From positions 1,860,001 through 1,924,000 of the forward strand of contig CDROCS010000253.1 of assembly GCA_977020255.1 (NCBI GenBank): a stretch of DNA of 64,000 nucleotides. The letters run 5' to 3'. Position numbers and translations under genes: made by a program. Below the pieces are notes generated by a model that saw nothing but the letters and a program-made list of their open reading frames with translations, had not been told where the DNA came from and did not search any database. This document shows, in pieces, positions 36,782 through 48,362 of the stretch (position 1 is the first letter of the stretch; every line of letters starts with the position of its first letter). The DNA comes from Obrimoposthia wandeli (taxonomy: Eukaryota).

Positions 36782-36812
36782 AAAGCCCCACCTTTTTAGG
36801 TGGGGCTTTTTT
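36782..36812 (+). terminator. Terminator closing tRNA unit 2
   Basis: AAAGCCCCACCT-TTTT-AGGTGGGGCTTT plus T-run; same stem as 35673. Confidence 0.9.
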
Positions 36813-37735
36813 CGTTTTAATAGGTTAATTTATCAACTCCACTTTAGGCTTGAGTTGGTTACGACTGAGCCTGTTTACTGCCACATATTCGACTCCTTTC
36901 ACGTTCAACATATCTATATCTCAGATTTTTAGGTGTTTATTTTTCTGGAGTAGAGATCATTCTATTAAATAAAATGGTAGCTATAATTTACTACTAAAAT
37001 AATAGTCTATTTTATTTCTTAGCTATTTCAAGCTCTCAAGAGAGTACTGGTTGTAATACGCATCTTAAATAGGGATCTACACTTTATTAATCAAACTGTG
37101 TGGCTCAAAGTACTCTATATGGCTTTTAAATGACGTTATCAACTATGTCTAAGCTATTGAGCTTAGTTAAAATAATTTAAATTATCTCTGAATTCTGCAC
37201 CTTGAATAATAAGGGGATATATAAGTCTTAAATAGCGCTATATTCATCTAATTTTATGCTGACACGTAGTGCAGTCTATTTGGCCTTTTATACTCTACAA
37301 GTATTGAATTGAGAGGTGGTTTAAGTGCAGGTATAGCGATTAAATGACCAAGCCTTAGTGTTATTAAATTTAATCTATTTAATTTAATTATGAGTAACTC
37401 ATTTTATGGAATAGACTGCATGGTATCAGTTGTTTTTTAGGGTTGATTATCCATATATTCGAACGGATATTCAGTGATAATGAATGTAATCAACTGATGT
37501 GTATACTGTATAAAATCATGGTTTATCTTTTTCTGATACCCTATATTCATGGATTTGATAATGTATACAATATTTAAAGTATGCAAAATGGCATGTATAT
37601 TTCTATTGTTATGGTGAATATTCGTTGTTTTTGGGGTTGACGGTAAATTATTTTTCTGAAACACAATAAAATTGTTTGCAATGTAGGTATTGGAGTGATT
37701 ATTCTAATTGCAAGATTTTTGAGCGAGAATAAAAA

Positions 37736-38014
37736 ATGGACAATATGCAGCAGCAATTTATAGAAGCTGGAACACTCATGTTAGCGGGAATGGTATTTGT
37801 GTTTGCATTTCTAGGTATATTAATCGTTTTTATTAATACGGTGTTGGCAAGATTAGCGGTAAAGTTTCCAGATGCTATCGTAGTGCCACATTCTCGTACT
37901 AATAAAAAGAGTAAGAGTCAGGGCAAAACTAATGGTGATATCTCACCGGCAGTTGTTGCTGCAATTAGCGGAGCAGTCACACGTTATCGGGCTCAACATA
38001 GTCAAGATAAATAA
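37736..38014 (+). CDS. oadG: Oxaloacetate decarboxylase gamma subunit
   Basis: LMLAGMVFVFAFL TM and VVAAISGAV motif; upstream of oadA. Confidence 0.85.
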   Translation: MDNMQQQFIEAGTLMLAGMVFVFAFLGILIVFINTVLARLAVKFPDAIVVPHSRTNKKSKSQGKTNGDISPAVVAAISGAVTRYRAQHSQDK

Positions 38015-38079
38015 GTTTGAGCAACATTGAAACTCTTCTCCATAATTATATTTTAAAAGTTAGATAAAAGGTCATTAAC

Positions 38080-39858
38080 ATGAGTAAGCCATTAGGTATC
38101 ACCGAAGTTGTCTTAAGAGATGGACATCAATCAATTTTAGCCACTAGGCTTCGTTTAGCAGATATGCTGCCTATTGCAGCAACGCTAGATGATGTTGGTT
38201 ATTGGTCAATTGAATCTTGGGGTGGTGCGACGTTTGATTCATGTATTCGTTACTTGGGTGAAGATCCATGGGAACGAATTCGTGCGCTTAAAAAGGCTAT
38301 GCCTAAGACTAAGCAGCAAATGTTATTCCGTGGTCAAAATATACTAGGCTATCGCCATTACGCTGATGATGTTGTAGAAAAGTTTGTTGAACGTGCTCAT
38401 ATCAACGGTATTGATGTTTTTAGAATTTTCGATGCCATGAATGACGTTAGAAACTTGCAAACTTCTATTAAAGCGGCTGTAAGAGTAGGCGCACATGCTC
38501 AAGGTACGTTGAGTTATACTGAAAGCCCTGTGCATACACTTGATGGCTGGTTAACCATGGCTAAGCAGATTGAAGACATGGGTGCTCATTCTCTTTGTAT
38601 TAAAGACATGTCGGGATTATTAAAACCTTATGATGCAGCAGAGTTAATTAGCCGCCTTAAAGAAACAGTTTCTTTACCTATCGCTTTACATTGTCATGCA
38701 ACAACAGGGTTGAGTGTTGCTACGCAAATGAAAGCGATTGATAGCGATGTTGATGTTATAGACACCTCAATTTCTTCGATGAGTATGACTTACGGTCATT
38801 CACCAACGGAAACTATTGCCGCTATTGTTGAAGGTAGTCCACGAGCTACAGGTCTAAATGTTGAGAAAATGGCAGAAGTTGCTGCATATTTTCGTGATGT
38901 TAGAGAAAAGTATGCTGAATTTGAAGGCAGCTTGAAAGGTGTTGATGCCCGAATATTAACGGCACAAGTACCTGGTGGCATGTTAACTAACATGGAAAAC
39001 CAATTAAAAGAACAAGGTGCTGCTGACAAATTTGACGAAGTGTTAACTGAGATACCTAAAGTTCGTAAAGATTTAGGTTATATCCCGCTGGTAACACCGA
39101 CGTCGCAAATTGTTGGTACTCAAGCTGTACTGAACATATTAACTGGCGAACGTTACAAATCTATTACAAAAGAAACGGCAGGTGTATTAAAAGGCGAATA
39201 CGGCGCTACCGCAGCTCCGGTTGATGCTGAGTTACAAGCACGTGTTTTAGATGGCAAAGAAGTTATTACCTGTCGTCCTGCAGATTTACTTGATCCTGAA
39301 GTTGATAAGCTTTCAGCAGAATTGCAAATATTAGCAAAAGAAAAGAATATCAACCTGGCCGATGAAAGTATCGATGATGTATTAACTTATGCATTATTCC
39401 CACAGATAGGTTTGAAATTTTTAGAAAACCGCAACAACCCAAGTGCTTTTGAGCCTATTCCAACCAAAGCAAGTACACAGTCACAAAGTAGCTCAGCGTC
39501 AAATCCAGTGTGTTCCCCTGAAAGTTATGCAGTAAGTGTAGATGGCAAGGTTTATGATGTTGTAGTCGCTGCTGGAGGCTGTATTGAGTCTGTTACGCAT
39601 CCAGCTGGTGATGATGGCATGAAACAATCAGCGTCTATCACAGCGGAAGAAACGTTAAATGCACCATTAGCGGGCAACATATTCAAAGTACTTGTCCATG
39701 AAGGTGACCACGTAGAAGCTGGTGATGTAGTTATCATTATGGAAGCTATGAAGATGGAAACAGAAATTCGCGCGGTGTCGGCTGGTGAAATAGTCTCTTT
39801 GTTCACCAGAGAGGGTGATTCTGTTGCCGTCGGTGACGCCTTGCTTAGCTTTTCATAG
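38080..39858 (+). CDS. oadA: Na+-pumping oxaloacetate decarboxylase alpha subunit
   Basis: [24 protein letters not shown], biotin site EAMKM. Confidence 0.95.
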   Translation: MSKPLGITEVVLRDGHQSILATRLRLADMLPIAATLDDVGYWSIESWGGATFDSCIRYLGEDPWERIRALKKAMPKTKQQMLFRGQNILGYRHYADDVVEKFVERAHINGIDVFRIFDAMNDVRNLQTSIKAAVRVGAHAQGTLSYTESPVHTLDGWLTMAKQIEDMGAHSLCIKDMSGLLKPYDAAELISRLKETVSLPIALHCHATTGLSVATQMKAIDSDVDVIDTSISSMSMTYGHSPTETIAAIVEGSPRATGLNVEKMAEVAAYFRDVREKYAEFEGSLKGVDARILTAQVPGGMLTNMENQLKEQGAADKFDEVLTEIPKVRKDLGYIPLVTPTSQIVGTQAVLNILTGERYKSITKETAGVLKGEYGATAAPVDAELQARVLDGKEVITCRPADLLDPEVDKLSAELQILAKEKNINLADESIDDVLTYALFPQIGLKFLENRNNPSAFEPIPTKASTQSQSSSASNPVCSPESYAVSVDGKVYDVVVAAGGCIESVTHPAGDDGMKQSASITAEETLNAPLAGNIFKVLVHEGDHVEAGDVVIIMEAMKMETEIRAVSAGEIVSLFTREGDSVAVGDALLSFS

Positions 39859-39866
39859 GAGATAGC

Positions 39867-41000
39867 ATGGATTCGTTAATTAAATTATGGTTTTCAACTG
39901 GCTTAGCTAACTTTGAGTTAGGTCAAGTTGTAATGATGTTAGTAGGTTGTGGCCTACTATATCTTGCCATTGCTCGAAATTTTGAGCCGTTATTGTTATT
40001 GCCTATGGGCTTTGGTGCAATATTAACTAATATACCTGTAGCTGGCTTTTCTGAAGTAGGCGGTTTACTACATTATATTTACTACGCAGGTATTGATACG
40101 GGGATTTTTCCGCTCATTATCTTTATGGGCGTTGGTGCTATGACTGATTTTGGCGCCCTTATTGCTAATCCTAAAACATTGCTTTTAGGTGCTGCGGCAC
40201 AGTTTGGCATATTTGCTACCTTATTTGGCGCGATTGCTTTGAATTATGTTCCTGGCATAGAGTTTACGCTTAAAGATGCCTCTGCAATTGCTATTATTGG
40301 TGGTGCGGATGGACCAACCGCAATTTTTCTTGCTTCAAAGTTAGCACCTGATTTACTAGGCGCTATTGCGGTTGCAGCTTATTCGTATATGGCATTGGTT
40401 CCAATTATTCAACCGCCAATAATGAAAGCATTAACTACTGAAGAAGAACGTAAAATTGAAATGAAGCAGTTACGACCGGTAACTAAGATTGAAAAAATCA
40501 TTTTTCCGCTCGGTGTATTAATTATGACTATCTTCTTTTTACCTTCGGCAACACCTTTAGTGGGTATGTTCTGTTTAGGTAACTTAATGAGAGAGTCTGG
40601 TGTTGTTGACCGTTTAAGTTCGACGGCACAAAATGAGCTGATCAACATTACTACGATCTTTTTAGGCTTAGGTGTTGGTTCAAAGTTAAGTGCCGAAGCT
40701 TTTTTAAATGTGGAAACCTTAGGTATTTTAGCTTTAGGCGCGGTGGCTTTTTCAATTGGTACCGCTTCTGGGGTAATTATGGCTAAAACCATGAATAAGT
40801 TTTCAAAAGACCCTATTAATCCACTAATTGGCGCTGCAGGTGTATCTGCAGTACCTATGGCGGCAAGGGTTGCCAATAAAGTTGGTTTGCAAGCAAATCC
40901 GCATAACTTCTTGTTGATGCATGCAATGGGCCCTAACGTGGCTGGTGTGCTCGGCTCAGCCGTAGCCGCAGGTGTTTTATTGGCCTTGGTTGGTGGTTAG
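39867..41000 (+). CDS. oadB: Oxaloacetate decarboxylase beta subunit
   Basis: [31 protein letters not shown]. Confidence 0.95.
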   Translation: MDSLIKLWFSTGLANFELGQVVMMLVGCGLLYLAIARNFEPLLLLPMGFGAILTNIPVAGFSEVGGLLHYIYYAGIDTGIFPLIIFMGVGAMTDFGALIANPKTLLLGAAAQFGIFATLFGAIALNYVPGIEFTLKDASAIAIIGGADGPTAIFLASKLAPDLLGAIAVAAYSYMALVPIIQPPIMKALTTEEERKIEMKQLRPVTKIEKIIFPLGVLIMTIFFLPSATPLVGMFCLGNLMRESGVVDRLSSTAQNELINITTIFLGLGVGSKLSAEAFLNVETLGILALGAVAFSIGTASGVIMAKTMNKFSKDPINPLIGAAGVSAVPMAARVANKVGLQANPHNFLLMHAMGPNVAGVLGSAVAAGVLLALVGG

Positions 41001-41027
41001 CGTTTAGCTTAGTGAATGTTATTATTT

Positions 41028-41054
41028 AAAAACCGAGCCTAGCTCGGTTTTTTT
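41028..41054. terminator. oad operon terminator
   Basis: AAAAACCGAGC-CTA-GCTCGGTTTTT. Confidence 0.85.
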
Positions 41055-41172
41055 ATGCTCAACGTTATTGAACGCAGACATATAAAGTAAAGAAAAACTA
41101 AATAATAATTCTGACTAGTATCTTGATAGTCATCGTCATAAAATACCGTCAATTACAATTTAAGAATGATAT

Positions 41173-41994
41173 ATGTTAGCCATGAAACTTCCTCTCATAA
41201 TGCTTAGCGCGTTAATAGCGCTTACTGCCTGTACAAGTTCAAGTACTGGACGAAAACAAGTGATGTTATTTTCAGAGTCAGAGCTCGATAAAATGGGCGC
41301 GGCTTCATTTGAAGATATGAAAAAGAAAACGCCGATAAGTACAGATAAAGCGGTCAATGACTTTGTACAATGTGTAGCGAAATCCATAACCAAAAATGTC
41401 GCTAAATCAGTTCATCAAGGTGACTGGGAAGTTGTTGTTTTTGATTCTGCACAAGTGAATGCTTTCGCTTTACCTAGTGGTAAAATTGGTGTGTACACAG
41501 GTATTTTAAATGTTACTGAAAACCAAGACCAGTTAGGCGCTATTATTGGTCATGAGGTTGGTCATGTAATTGAGCATCACTCAAATGAACGTTTATCAGC
41601 TAATAAGCTTCAAAATATGGGCATGGCTGCTGCAACTGCTGCTGTTGGTATGACAGATGTGGAAAATAAAGGTTTATGGATGGCAGGGTTAGGTTTGGGG
41701 CTGCAATACGGTGTAATTATGCCTTATAGTCGCGCTCATGAAAGTGAAGCGGATATTGTCGGTCAAGATCTTATGGCACGTTCTGGTTTTGAACCGATCG
41801 CAAGTATTAAGCTTTGGCAAAATATGGCGAAGCTGAGTGAAGGCTCTGGTAAAGGGGCACCGGCAGAGTTTATGTCGACTCACCCATCAAATAAAACGCG
41901 TATTAATCAACTTACAGAACACTTACCTAGTTCAATGACACTTTATCAAGCAGGAAATAGACCTAACTGTCAAAAACCTGCACCTAAGGCGTAA
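41173..41994 (+). CDS. M48-family Zn metallopeptidase lipoprotein
   Basis: Lipobox LTAC, NAFALPSG, HEVGH, YSRAHESEAD, STHP. Confidence 0.9.
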   Translation: MLAMKLPLIMLSALIALTACTSSSTGRKQVMLFSESELDKMGAASFEDMKKKTPISTDKAVNDFVQCVAKSITKNVAKSVHQGDWEVVVFDSAQVNAFALPSGKIGVYTGILNVTENQDQLGAIIGHEVGHVIEHHSNERLSANKLQNMGMAAATAAVGMTDVENKGLWMAGLGLGLQYGVIMPYSRAHESEADIVGQDLMARSGFEPIASIKLWQNMAKLSEGSGKGAPAEFMSTHPSNKTRINQLTEHLPSSMTLYQAGNRPNCQKPAPKA

Positions 41995-42078
41995 ACCACA
42001 ACTTGCAGCATTTACCAGGGGCATAGCCTTAAAGGTAAATGCTGACAAACATTTATTTAATAAAAATATTGTTATGCA

Positions 42079-42732
42079 TTAAGGGTTTAACTTGTGGTGA
42101 AGCCACGTTTCACCCTCTTTCTCAAAACACAGGCGATCATGCAAACGATTAGATCGCCCTTGCCAAAACTCAATAGCATGAGGTTTAACACGCCACCCCC
42201 CCCAAAATTCAGGATGCGGTACTTCACCTTGTGAAAATTTATCTTGATAATGACTCATGCGTTCTTTGAGTTCACCATCATATTTGAGTTTCTGACTTTG
42301 CTTTGATGCCCAAGCGCCAACTTGACTGCCTCTGTCTCGGCTATGAAAATAATCAGCAGATTCCTGTACCGATACTTTTTCGACGGTACCTTCAATACGA
42401 ATTTGTCGTTGTAAGACATTCCAGTGAAACAATAAGGCTACTTTGTTATTTTCAGTAAGTTCGTGGCTTTTACGGCTAGCGTAGTTAGTAAAAAAAACAA
42501 ACCCTTGTTCATCATAGTCTTTAAGTAGCACCATGCGAGAGCTGGGTTGACCGTCAGCATTACAGCTACTAACAGACATGGCTTCGGGCAATAATATCCC
42601 TGACTTATTAGCATCATCAAACCATTGCTCAAATAATTGATTAGGCGTTGTGTCAGAAGATAGTTCAGGAAGAGGTAAAGCGACGCCTTGACCAAAGGTA
42701 AACAGGCAACGCAGTTTTTCAAATAACGTCAT
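42079..42732 (-). CDS. pdxH: Pyridoxamine 5'-phosphate oxidase
   Basis: SRMVLLK, FFTNYASRK, EFWQGRSNRLHDR. Confidence 0.95.
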   Translation of the reverse strand: MTLFEKLRCLFTFGQGVALPLPELSSDTTPNQLFEQWFDDANKSGILLPEAMSVSSCNADGQPSSRMVLLKDYDEQGFVFFTNYASRKSHELTENNKVALLFHWNVLQRQIRIEGTVEKVSVQESADYFHSRDRGSQVGAWASKQSQKLKYDGELKERMSHYQDKFSQGEVPHPEFWGGWRVKPHAIEFWQGRSNRLHDRLCFEKEGETWLHHKLNP

Positions 42733-42852
42733 AATATTTAAAGTTAATAGGAAATAGAAATATACGTTTATTCTATGCTTAAATGACGTTATTGCAAAGT
42801 TATATCAAGGTTATATTTAGGTAATATAAGATGAATAAAAATGACTAACGGT

Positions 42853-43065
42853 TTACCAATCCTCACTATCATCAAGTAAATCTTTAAGGTATTTTTTTTC
42901 TTTCAATTCATCAATGCGTTTGCGCGCTAACAGATTTTTCTGAGCCTGTTCTAAGGCTTTTTTTTCTGCCAAAGAGCTACCTTTAGAGGGATTGTTTTCG
43001 CTAGTTTCATCAGTGTTATTCTCACTTGTTCCATCTAGGAAGTCATCGTCAATATCGCTTACCAT
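42853..43065 (-). CDS. Small charged protein (PA3496-like C-terminus)
   Basis: ARKRIDELKEKKYL...D pattern, acidic N-terminus, AGAG RBS; family assignment from memory. Confidence 0.6.
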   Translation of the reverse strand: MVSDIDDDFLDGTSENNTDETSENNPSKGSSLAEKKALEQAQKNLLARKRIDELKEKKYLKDLLDDSEDW

Positions 43066-43333
43066 TTTCTCTGCCTTTTTACTAATTGATAAAATATTTC
43101 AAAGTATATTGATAACATAGGTAAGATAATTGCTATTTTCAATGCCTCGTAACAAAAAAAATAAAAAATATAACAAATAGTTTTTAATTAGTTTTTTTTT
43201 AATCTACCTTGGTATAAAGCTTATACAAATCCTTTACTCGCTATTTATAAATAGATGTACTGTAGTGTTTGTTGTGTCAGTAATTATAGCTATGTGGCTT
43301 TTATAGTTCATTAGGAAGAGATCAGTAGGTAAT

Positions 43334-43360
43334 AAAAAACCAGTGACAAGCACTGGTTTT
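43334..43360 (-). terminator. nap operon terminator
   Basis: AAAACCAGTG-ACAAG-CACTGGTTTT with an A-run on the left (U-tract on the minus strand). Confidence 0.7.
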
Positions 43361-43394
43361 GGTTAGTTTAATTTAGGTTCTGTTGTAAGGACGT

Positions 43395-43982
43395 TTACCA
43401 GCCTTCAACACCTTTCATGTCGGGTAGTTGATGAGCAATACCTTTATGACAATCAATACAGGTTTTTTCACCTGAGGCTAAGGCAGTAGAATGTTGGTAA
43501 GATGCCCGCTCACTTTGTTCAGTAAAGTCCATATAGTCGAAGTTATGACAATTACGGCACTCTAAAGAGTCATTGGCTTTTAATCGTCTCCATTCATTTT
43601 GTGCTAATCGCTTGCGATGTACTAAAAACTTCTCGCGAGTATTGATGGTGCCAAAAATAGTACCCCAAACCTCTTTTGAAGCTTGCATTTTACGCGCTAT
43701 TTTATCCGTCCATTTATGAGGGACATGACAATCAGGACACGTAGCTCTTACACCTGAGCGGTTAGAGAAGTGAATGGTAGTTTTTAGCTCTTCATAGACA
43801 TTGTTTTCCATTTCATGACATGAAATACAAAACTCTTCAGTATTGGTAACTTCTAAGGCAGTGTTAAAACCACCCCAGAAAATAATTCCAGCGATGAATC
43901 CGCCTATAACCAAAGCGCCTAAACTGTAGTAACCACTTGGCTTAGTGAGTGTTCTCCAACCAATCATTAATATGTTTTTCAT
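43395..43982 (-). CDS. napC: Tetraheme quinol dehydrogenase
   Basis: Four CxxCH motifs (CISCH, CPDCH, CRNCH, CIDCH), N-terminal TM, CHKGIAH. Confidence 0.95.
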   Translation of the reverse strand: MKNILMIGWRTLTKPSGYYSLGALVIGGFIAGIIFWGGFNTALEVTNTEEFCISCHEMENNVYEELKTTIHFSNRSGVRATCPDCHVPHKWTDKIARKMQASKEVWGTIFGTINTREKFLVHRKRLAQNEWRRLKANDSLECRNCHNFDYMDFTEQSERASYQHSTALASGEKTCIDCHKGIAHQLPDMKGVEGW

Positions 43983-43990
43983 GGCGCCTC

Positions 43991-44494
43991 CTAATGCTCT
44001 GTAGCGCTAGTGGTTTTTTGTTTCATTAAGCTGTGCATATCAACGAAAGTATTTTCCACTAGTGGTTTAGCATCAAGTTGAGTGACATGACACTGATTAC
44101 AAAAATAACGACGTGGTGAAATTTCAGCTAGAAAGTTGCCATCACGATTCATGTAGTGAGTAACACTGACCATAGGTGCTTGCGATTCTTCAGTGCGTTG
44201 GCGTGAGTGACACGACATGCACTTATTGTTATTTTTATTTACCTCATAACTACGAGTAGTATGAGGAATAATAGGTGGCTGCATAGGATAGTTGCGACCT
44301 TGTTTGATATCCTTATTGACCACTTTAGGAATACGGTTTGGCTCTTTTTGCGTGTTGATTTCTGTGTGATCACGCAAAGTAGCGACTGTATTTATTTCTG
44401 CTTTATCTGCTGAGTTTGCAGTAAATGAGACAAAAACAGGTGCTAAAATCAATGCCATTAAGCCGGCGATAGACGCTAGATTTAAATTTTTCAT
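43991..44494 (-). CDS. napB: Diheme cytochrome c subunit of periplasmic nitrate reductase
   Basis: [21 protein letters not shown]. Confidence 0.95.
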   Translation of the reverse strand: MKNLNLASIAGLMALILAPVFVSFTANSADKAEINTVATLRDHTEINTQKEPNRIPKVVNKDIKQGRNYPMQPPIIPHTTRSYEVNKNNNKCMSCHSRQRTEESQAPMVSVTHYMNRDGNFLAEISPRRYFCNQCHVTQLDAKPLVENTFVDMHSLMKQKTTSATEH

Positions 44495-44503
44495 ATCACT
44501 CTC

Positions 44504-47002
44504 CTAAACTTTAACAATTTTGATAGCACATTTTTTGTAATCCGTTTCTTTTGATAACGGGTCAGTGGCATCTAAAGTGACTTTGTTTACTAGGCGGCTC
44601 GCATCAAACCAAGGCATATACACTAAACCAATAGGTGGCTTATTACGGCCTCTTGTTTCAACACGTGTTTGTACTTCACCACGTCGAGAAATAAGCTTCA
44701 CTAAATCGCCTCGGCGCATGTTACGTTTTTTTGCATCATCAGGGTGCATGTAAACTAATGCATCAGGCATCGCTTTATATAACTCAGGTACACGTTGTGT
44801 CATTGAACCTGAATGCCAATGCTCTAGTACACGACCGGTAGATAACCATAAGTCATATTCTTCATCTGGAGACTCAGCTGCCGGCTCATAAGGTAGAGCG
44901 AAGATAACAGCTCTGCCATCAGGTTTTCCGTAGAAGTCCCAGCCGCTACCAGGTTTACAATACGGATCAGAACCCTCTTTAAAGCGCCATTTAGTTTCTT
45001 TACCATTAACAACAGGCCAGCGTAAACCACGCTCTTTATGGTATCTGTCATATGGTGCTAAATCATGGGCATGACCACGACCAAAGCTTGCATATTCTTC
45101 AAATAAGCCTTTTTGGATATAGAAACCAAAGTCACGAGACTCGTCATTTAAACGATCTTCAGGTATTTCCGACAGTGGGAACTTACCAACAGAAGCATCT
45201 TTATAAAGTACATCAAATAGTGTTTTACCACGAACTTCTGGCTTTTTAGCAATAAGCTCTTCTGGCCAAACATCTTCTACTTTAAAGCGTTTAGAGAATT
45301 CTACTACTTGCCACATATCTGATTTAGCGCCTTCTGGCGCTTCAACCATTTGGTACCAAGATTGTGTACGACGCTCAGCATTACCATACATACCTTCTTT
45401 TTCTACCCACATTGCTGTTGGTAAAATTAAATCAGCTGCCTGTGCGGTAACGGTTGGGTACGGGTCTGATACTACAATAAAGTTTTTTGGGTTACGGTAA
45501 CCAGGGTAAACTTCTTCATTGATGTTGGCGGCAGCTTGCATGTTGTTATTACATTGCACCCAATAGAAGTTTAACTTACCGTCTTTAAGCATACGGTTTT
45601 GTAAAACGGCATGGTAACCAGGTTTTGCTGGAATAGTGCCTTCAGGCAAGTCCCAAATTTTCTCAGCAATAGCTCTATGTTTAGGGTTTTTCACAACCAT
45701 ATCGGCAGGTAAACGATGTGAGAACGTACCTACTTCACGAGCTGTACCACACGCAGAAGGTTGACCTGTTAATGAAAACGGGCTGTTACCAGGAGTTGAG
45801 ATTTTACCTGTTAACAAGTGAATGTTATAAACTAGGTTATTGGCCCAAACACCACGAGTATGTTGGTTAAAGCCCATGGTCCAAAAAGAGGTTACTTTAA
45901 TTTTTGGATCCGCATATAGCTCAGCTAATTCTTTTAGCTTATGCTCAGGAACACCAGAAAGTTTTGATACGGATTCAACCGTATAGGTGCTAACGAATTT
46001 TGCGTATTCATCAAAATCAATTGGCGTAGAACTACCTTTAGTTTTACCGTTGTTTTTAGCTTTTTGCTCTAACGGATGTTCAGGACGTAAACCATAACCA
46101 ATATCAGTTTCACCTAATCTGAAGTTAGTATGTTTACTCACAAAGTCTTTGTTTACGCGGCCAGTTTGAATAATATAGTTAGCAATGTAGTTCAAAATTG
46201 CTAAATCTGTTTGTGGCGTGAAGATCATGCCATTATCGGCTAAATCAAAACTTCTGTGCTCAAAAGTAGATAACACTGCCACTTTTACATGCGGTGCACT
46301 TAAACGGCGATCAGTTAAACGCGTCCATAAAATAGGATGCATTTCTGCCATATTTGAGCCCCATAATACAAAGGCATCAGCAGCTTCTAAATCATCGTAA
46401 CAACCCATAGGCTCATCGATACCAAAGGTACGCATAAAACCACCAACAGCAGACGCCATACAGTGACGAGCATTAGGATCGATGTTGTTAGTACGAAAGC
46501 CTGCTTTCATTAATTTAACTGCAGCATAACCTTCTTGCACTGTCCATTGACCAGAGCCGAACATACCAAGTGCTTCTGGACCATCTTTCTTTAATGCATC
46601 ATTAGCTTTTTCAGCCATTACATTGAAAGCTTGATCCCAAGAAATAGGAGTGAATTCACCTTCTTTATCGTATTTACCATTGGTCATACGTAATAAAGGT
46701 GTGGTAAGTCTATCTTTGCCGTACATGATTTTAGAAAGGAAGTAACCTTTTACACAACTAAGACCTTTGTTTACTGGTGAGTTGATGTCACCGTGGGTAG
46801 CAACAACTTTGCCATCCATTACACCAACATTGACACTACAACCGGTACCACAAAAACGACAAGCGGCTTTATCCCACTTTAGTTTAGTAATATCAGAACT
46901 GGTAATTAAATTTGAAGCAACAGCAGGTACAGATACCCCTGCAACAGCAGCGGCTGCGGCAATCGCATTTGCTTTTATAAATTCTCGGCGATTAATTGTC
47001 AT
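44504..47002 (-). CDS. napA: Periplasmic nitrate reductase catalytic subunit
   Basis: Tat leader (NRREFIK), CRFCGTGC...C 4Fe-4S motif, NARHCMASA; real start ATG 47002 (AAGGAAGG RBS). Confidence 0.97.
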   Translation of the reverse strand: MTINRREFIKANAIAAAAAVAGVSVPAVASNLITSSDITKLKWDKAACRFCGTGCSVNVGVMDGKVVATHGDINSPVNKGLSCVKGYFLSKIMYGKDRLTTPLLRMTNGKYDKEGEFTPISWDQAFNVMAEKANDALKKDGPEALGMFGSGQWTVQEGYAAVKLMKAGFRTNNIDPNARHCMASAVGGFMRTFGIDEPMGCYDDLEAADAFVLWGSNMAEMHPILWTRLTDRRLSAPHVKVAVLSTFEHRSFDLADNGMIFTPQTDLAILNYIANYIIQTGRVNKDFVSKHTNFRLGETDIGYGLRPEHPLEQKAKNNGKTKGSSTPIDFDEYAKFVSTYTVESVSKLSGVPEHKLKELAELYADPKIKVTSFWTMGFNQHTRGVWANNLVYNIHLLTGKISTPGNSPFSLTGQPSACGTAREVGTFSHRLPADMVVKNPKHRAIAEKIWDLPEGTIPAKPGYHAVLQNRMLKDGKLNFYWVQCNNNMQAAANINEEVYPGYRNPKNFIVVSDPYPTVTAQAADLILPTAMWVEKEGMYGNAERRTQSWYQMVEAPEGAKSDMWQVVEFSKRFKVEDVWPEELIAKKPEVRGKTLFDVLYKDASVGKFPLSEIPEDRLNDESRDFGFYIQKGLFEEYASFGRGHAHDLAPYDRYHKERGLRWPVVNGKETKWRFKEGSDPYCKPGSGWDFYGKPDGRAVIFALPYEPAAESPDEEYDLWLSTGRVLEHWHSGSMTQRVPELYKAMPDALVYMHPDDAKKRNMRRGDLVKLISRRGEVQTRVETRGRNKPPIGLVYMPWFDASRLVNKVTLDATDPLSKETDYKKCAIKIVKV

Positions 47003-47087
47003 AATGTCACCTTCCTTTTGATAATTTTGATTCGATTTAAGATGGTTTTTGTTTTTAATTTCAATAATTTTTTCTAAACTAATTTTT

Positions 47088-47381
47088 CTAATTCTTTTCG
47101 GTGCCAGGTTCTTCAGTACTTTCATCTAAAACTTGGTGATAAACCGGTGATACATTAAGTATGCCTTTATGGACTCTTATGATATCTATTTTTTTGTCAA
47201 GATCTTTAAAGCCAGTACCTTCAACAGTGAAAACTATTTTACCTTCATCGCTGACTGCGTGAATTTCTGCACCTTCAACAGCAGTAATAACCGCTTTTAC
47301 TTCATCGAGTTGTGCCAATATTGGCGAGGCAACTAGACTAGCTACGTGGTATTCAGGTGTTCTATGGTATTTTTGTGTCAT
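47088..47381 (-). CDS. napD: NapA signal-peptide chaperone
   Basis: [12 protein letters not shown]...[12 protein letters not shown]. Confidence 0.88.
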   Translation of the reverse strand: MTQKYHRTPEYHVASLVASPILAQLDEVKAVITAVEGAEIHAVSDEGKIVFTVEGTGFKDLDKKIDIIRVHKGILNVSPVYHQVLDESTEEPGTEKN

Positions 47382-47400
47382 ATATTTCTTAAATTATTTT

Positions 47401-47952
47401 TTAAACTGTTGTTTGGTCAAAGTTAAACGCTATTGCATCTTGTGGGCAAGTTTTAATGCATGCACCACATTGATTACAATCAAGGTCATTTAAACTTGGT
47501 TGTGGAATGCTTGAATTAAGGTAATTAAACTTGATTACATTGGTTTCACATTCATCACGGCAACTTTGACAATAAATGTTATTTTTAGCTAAACACTTCT
47601 CACTAATTTCCAAGGTTACAGGCCAAGCTTTCTCATTATTGTTTAAAGTGTTTTCTTCAGTAAATACACCCGAAAAAAGCGGCTGTTGACAGCTCTCTAT
47701 ACACTTATTACAAAAGGTACATTCACCTAAACTAAAATCGATTTTTGGAAAGCCATCTTCATCTTTAACAATAATATTGCTCTCACAACTGCTAATGCAA
47801 TCTTGGCATTGAGTGCAGCCAGAGGTAAATACAGCTTCATTAATCACCCAAGGTAAGCGCAATTCGTGTTTAGTTTTTACGCGACCGCGAAAAAAGCGCC
47901 TTCTTGAAGGATCTTCTACACGTTCCAATGCTTTAGTGTTGTTACTAGACAA
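47401..47952 (-). CDS. napF: Ferredoxin-type protein
   Basis: RRRFF, LRLPW and four 4Fe-4S Cys clusters; TTG start. Confidence 0.9.
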   Translation of the reverse strand: MSSNNTKALERVEDPSRRRFFRGRVKTKHELRLPWVINEAVFTSGCTQCQDCISSCESNIIVKDEDGFPKIDFSLGECTFCNKCIESCQQPLFSGVFTEENTLNNNEKAWPVTLEISEKCLAKNNIYCQSCRDECETNVIKFNYLNSSIPQPSLNDLDCNQCGACIKTCPQDAIAFNFDQTTV

Positions 47953-47956
47953 AGTA

Positions 47957-48121
47957 TTATGTGCCTGGTGGGCCTAAAAAGGCTAGTTGACTGAACCATA
48001 CAGCAAAACCAAAACCGGCAACGATAATTACCGATAAAATTGGCGCTAAAAAAACAGCTAGAAAAATAAAGGTATTTCGCTCATGCTTTTTTTGTTGTTC
48101 AGGAGATGTGGCTTGGTTCAT
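47957..48121 (-). CDS. napE: Periplasmic nitrate reductase small membrane protein (54 aa; missed by the ORF track)
   Basis: Hand translation MNQATSPEQQKKHERNTFIFLAVFLAPILSVIIVAGFGFAVWFSQLAFLGPPGT; the FLAVFLxP...GFxVW...GPPG pattern is NapE/TorE-like; GAGAG RBS. Confidence 0.85.
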   Translation of the reverse strand: MNQATSPEQQKKHERNTFIFLAVFLAPILSVIIVAGFGFAVWFSQLAFLGPPGT

Positions 48122-48166
48122 AATGCTCTCGAAATTTTATGATTAAGGTAAGCTAAGTTAGGACTA

Positions 48167-48208
48167 ATTTTAATAGCTTGTTAAATACTTTATATTGACT
48201 TAGATCAA
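48167..48208 (-). promoter_or_regulatory. Class II FNR-dependent promoter of napEFDABC
   Basis: TTGAC-TTAG-ATCAA (48195-48208, 1 mismatch to TTGAT-N4-ATCAA); minus-strand TAAAAT at 48172-48167 places the site centre at about -41.5. Confidence 0.78.
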
Positions 48209-48362
48209 TCTTTACAAATTAACCATAGTTCATTTGTGGTTTTACGCAGTATAAAGTTTAATCACAAAAAAAATCTAGGTGGGAATAAAGTTTTTAACTT
48301 TAACGTACTTGAATAATTTAATTTTATTATGCTTTAGGCTAATTATTGGGATTCAATAATCT

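Noticed and set aside
37437-37756. Two short minus-strand ORFs upstream of oadG
   Set aside because: Low-complexity Ile/Asn/His-rich frames in AT-rich DNA, no RBS
40409-40876. 155-aa minus-strand ORF, and similar short ORFs inside pgi, the TBDR, ccm, oadA, napA, surE and nqrA
   Set aside because: Fully overlap well-supported genes and show no motifs or RBS
47003-47125. 41-aa N-terminal extension of NapA in the ORF track
   Set aside because: The Tat signal and a strong RBS place the start at 47002; the extension overlaps napD and an AT-rich spacer
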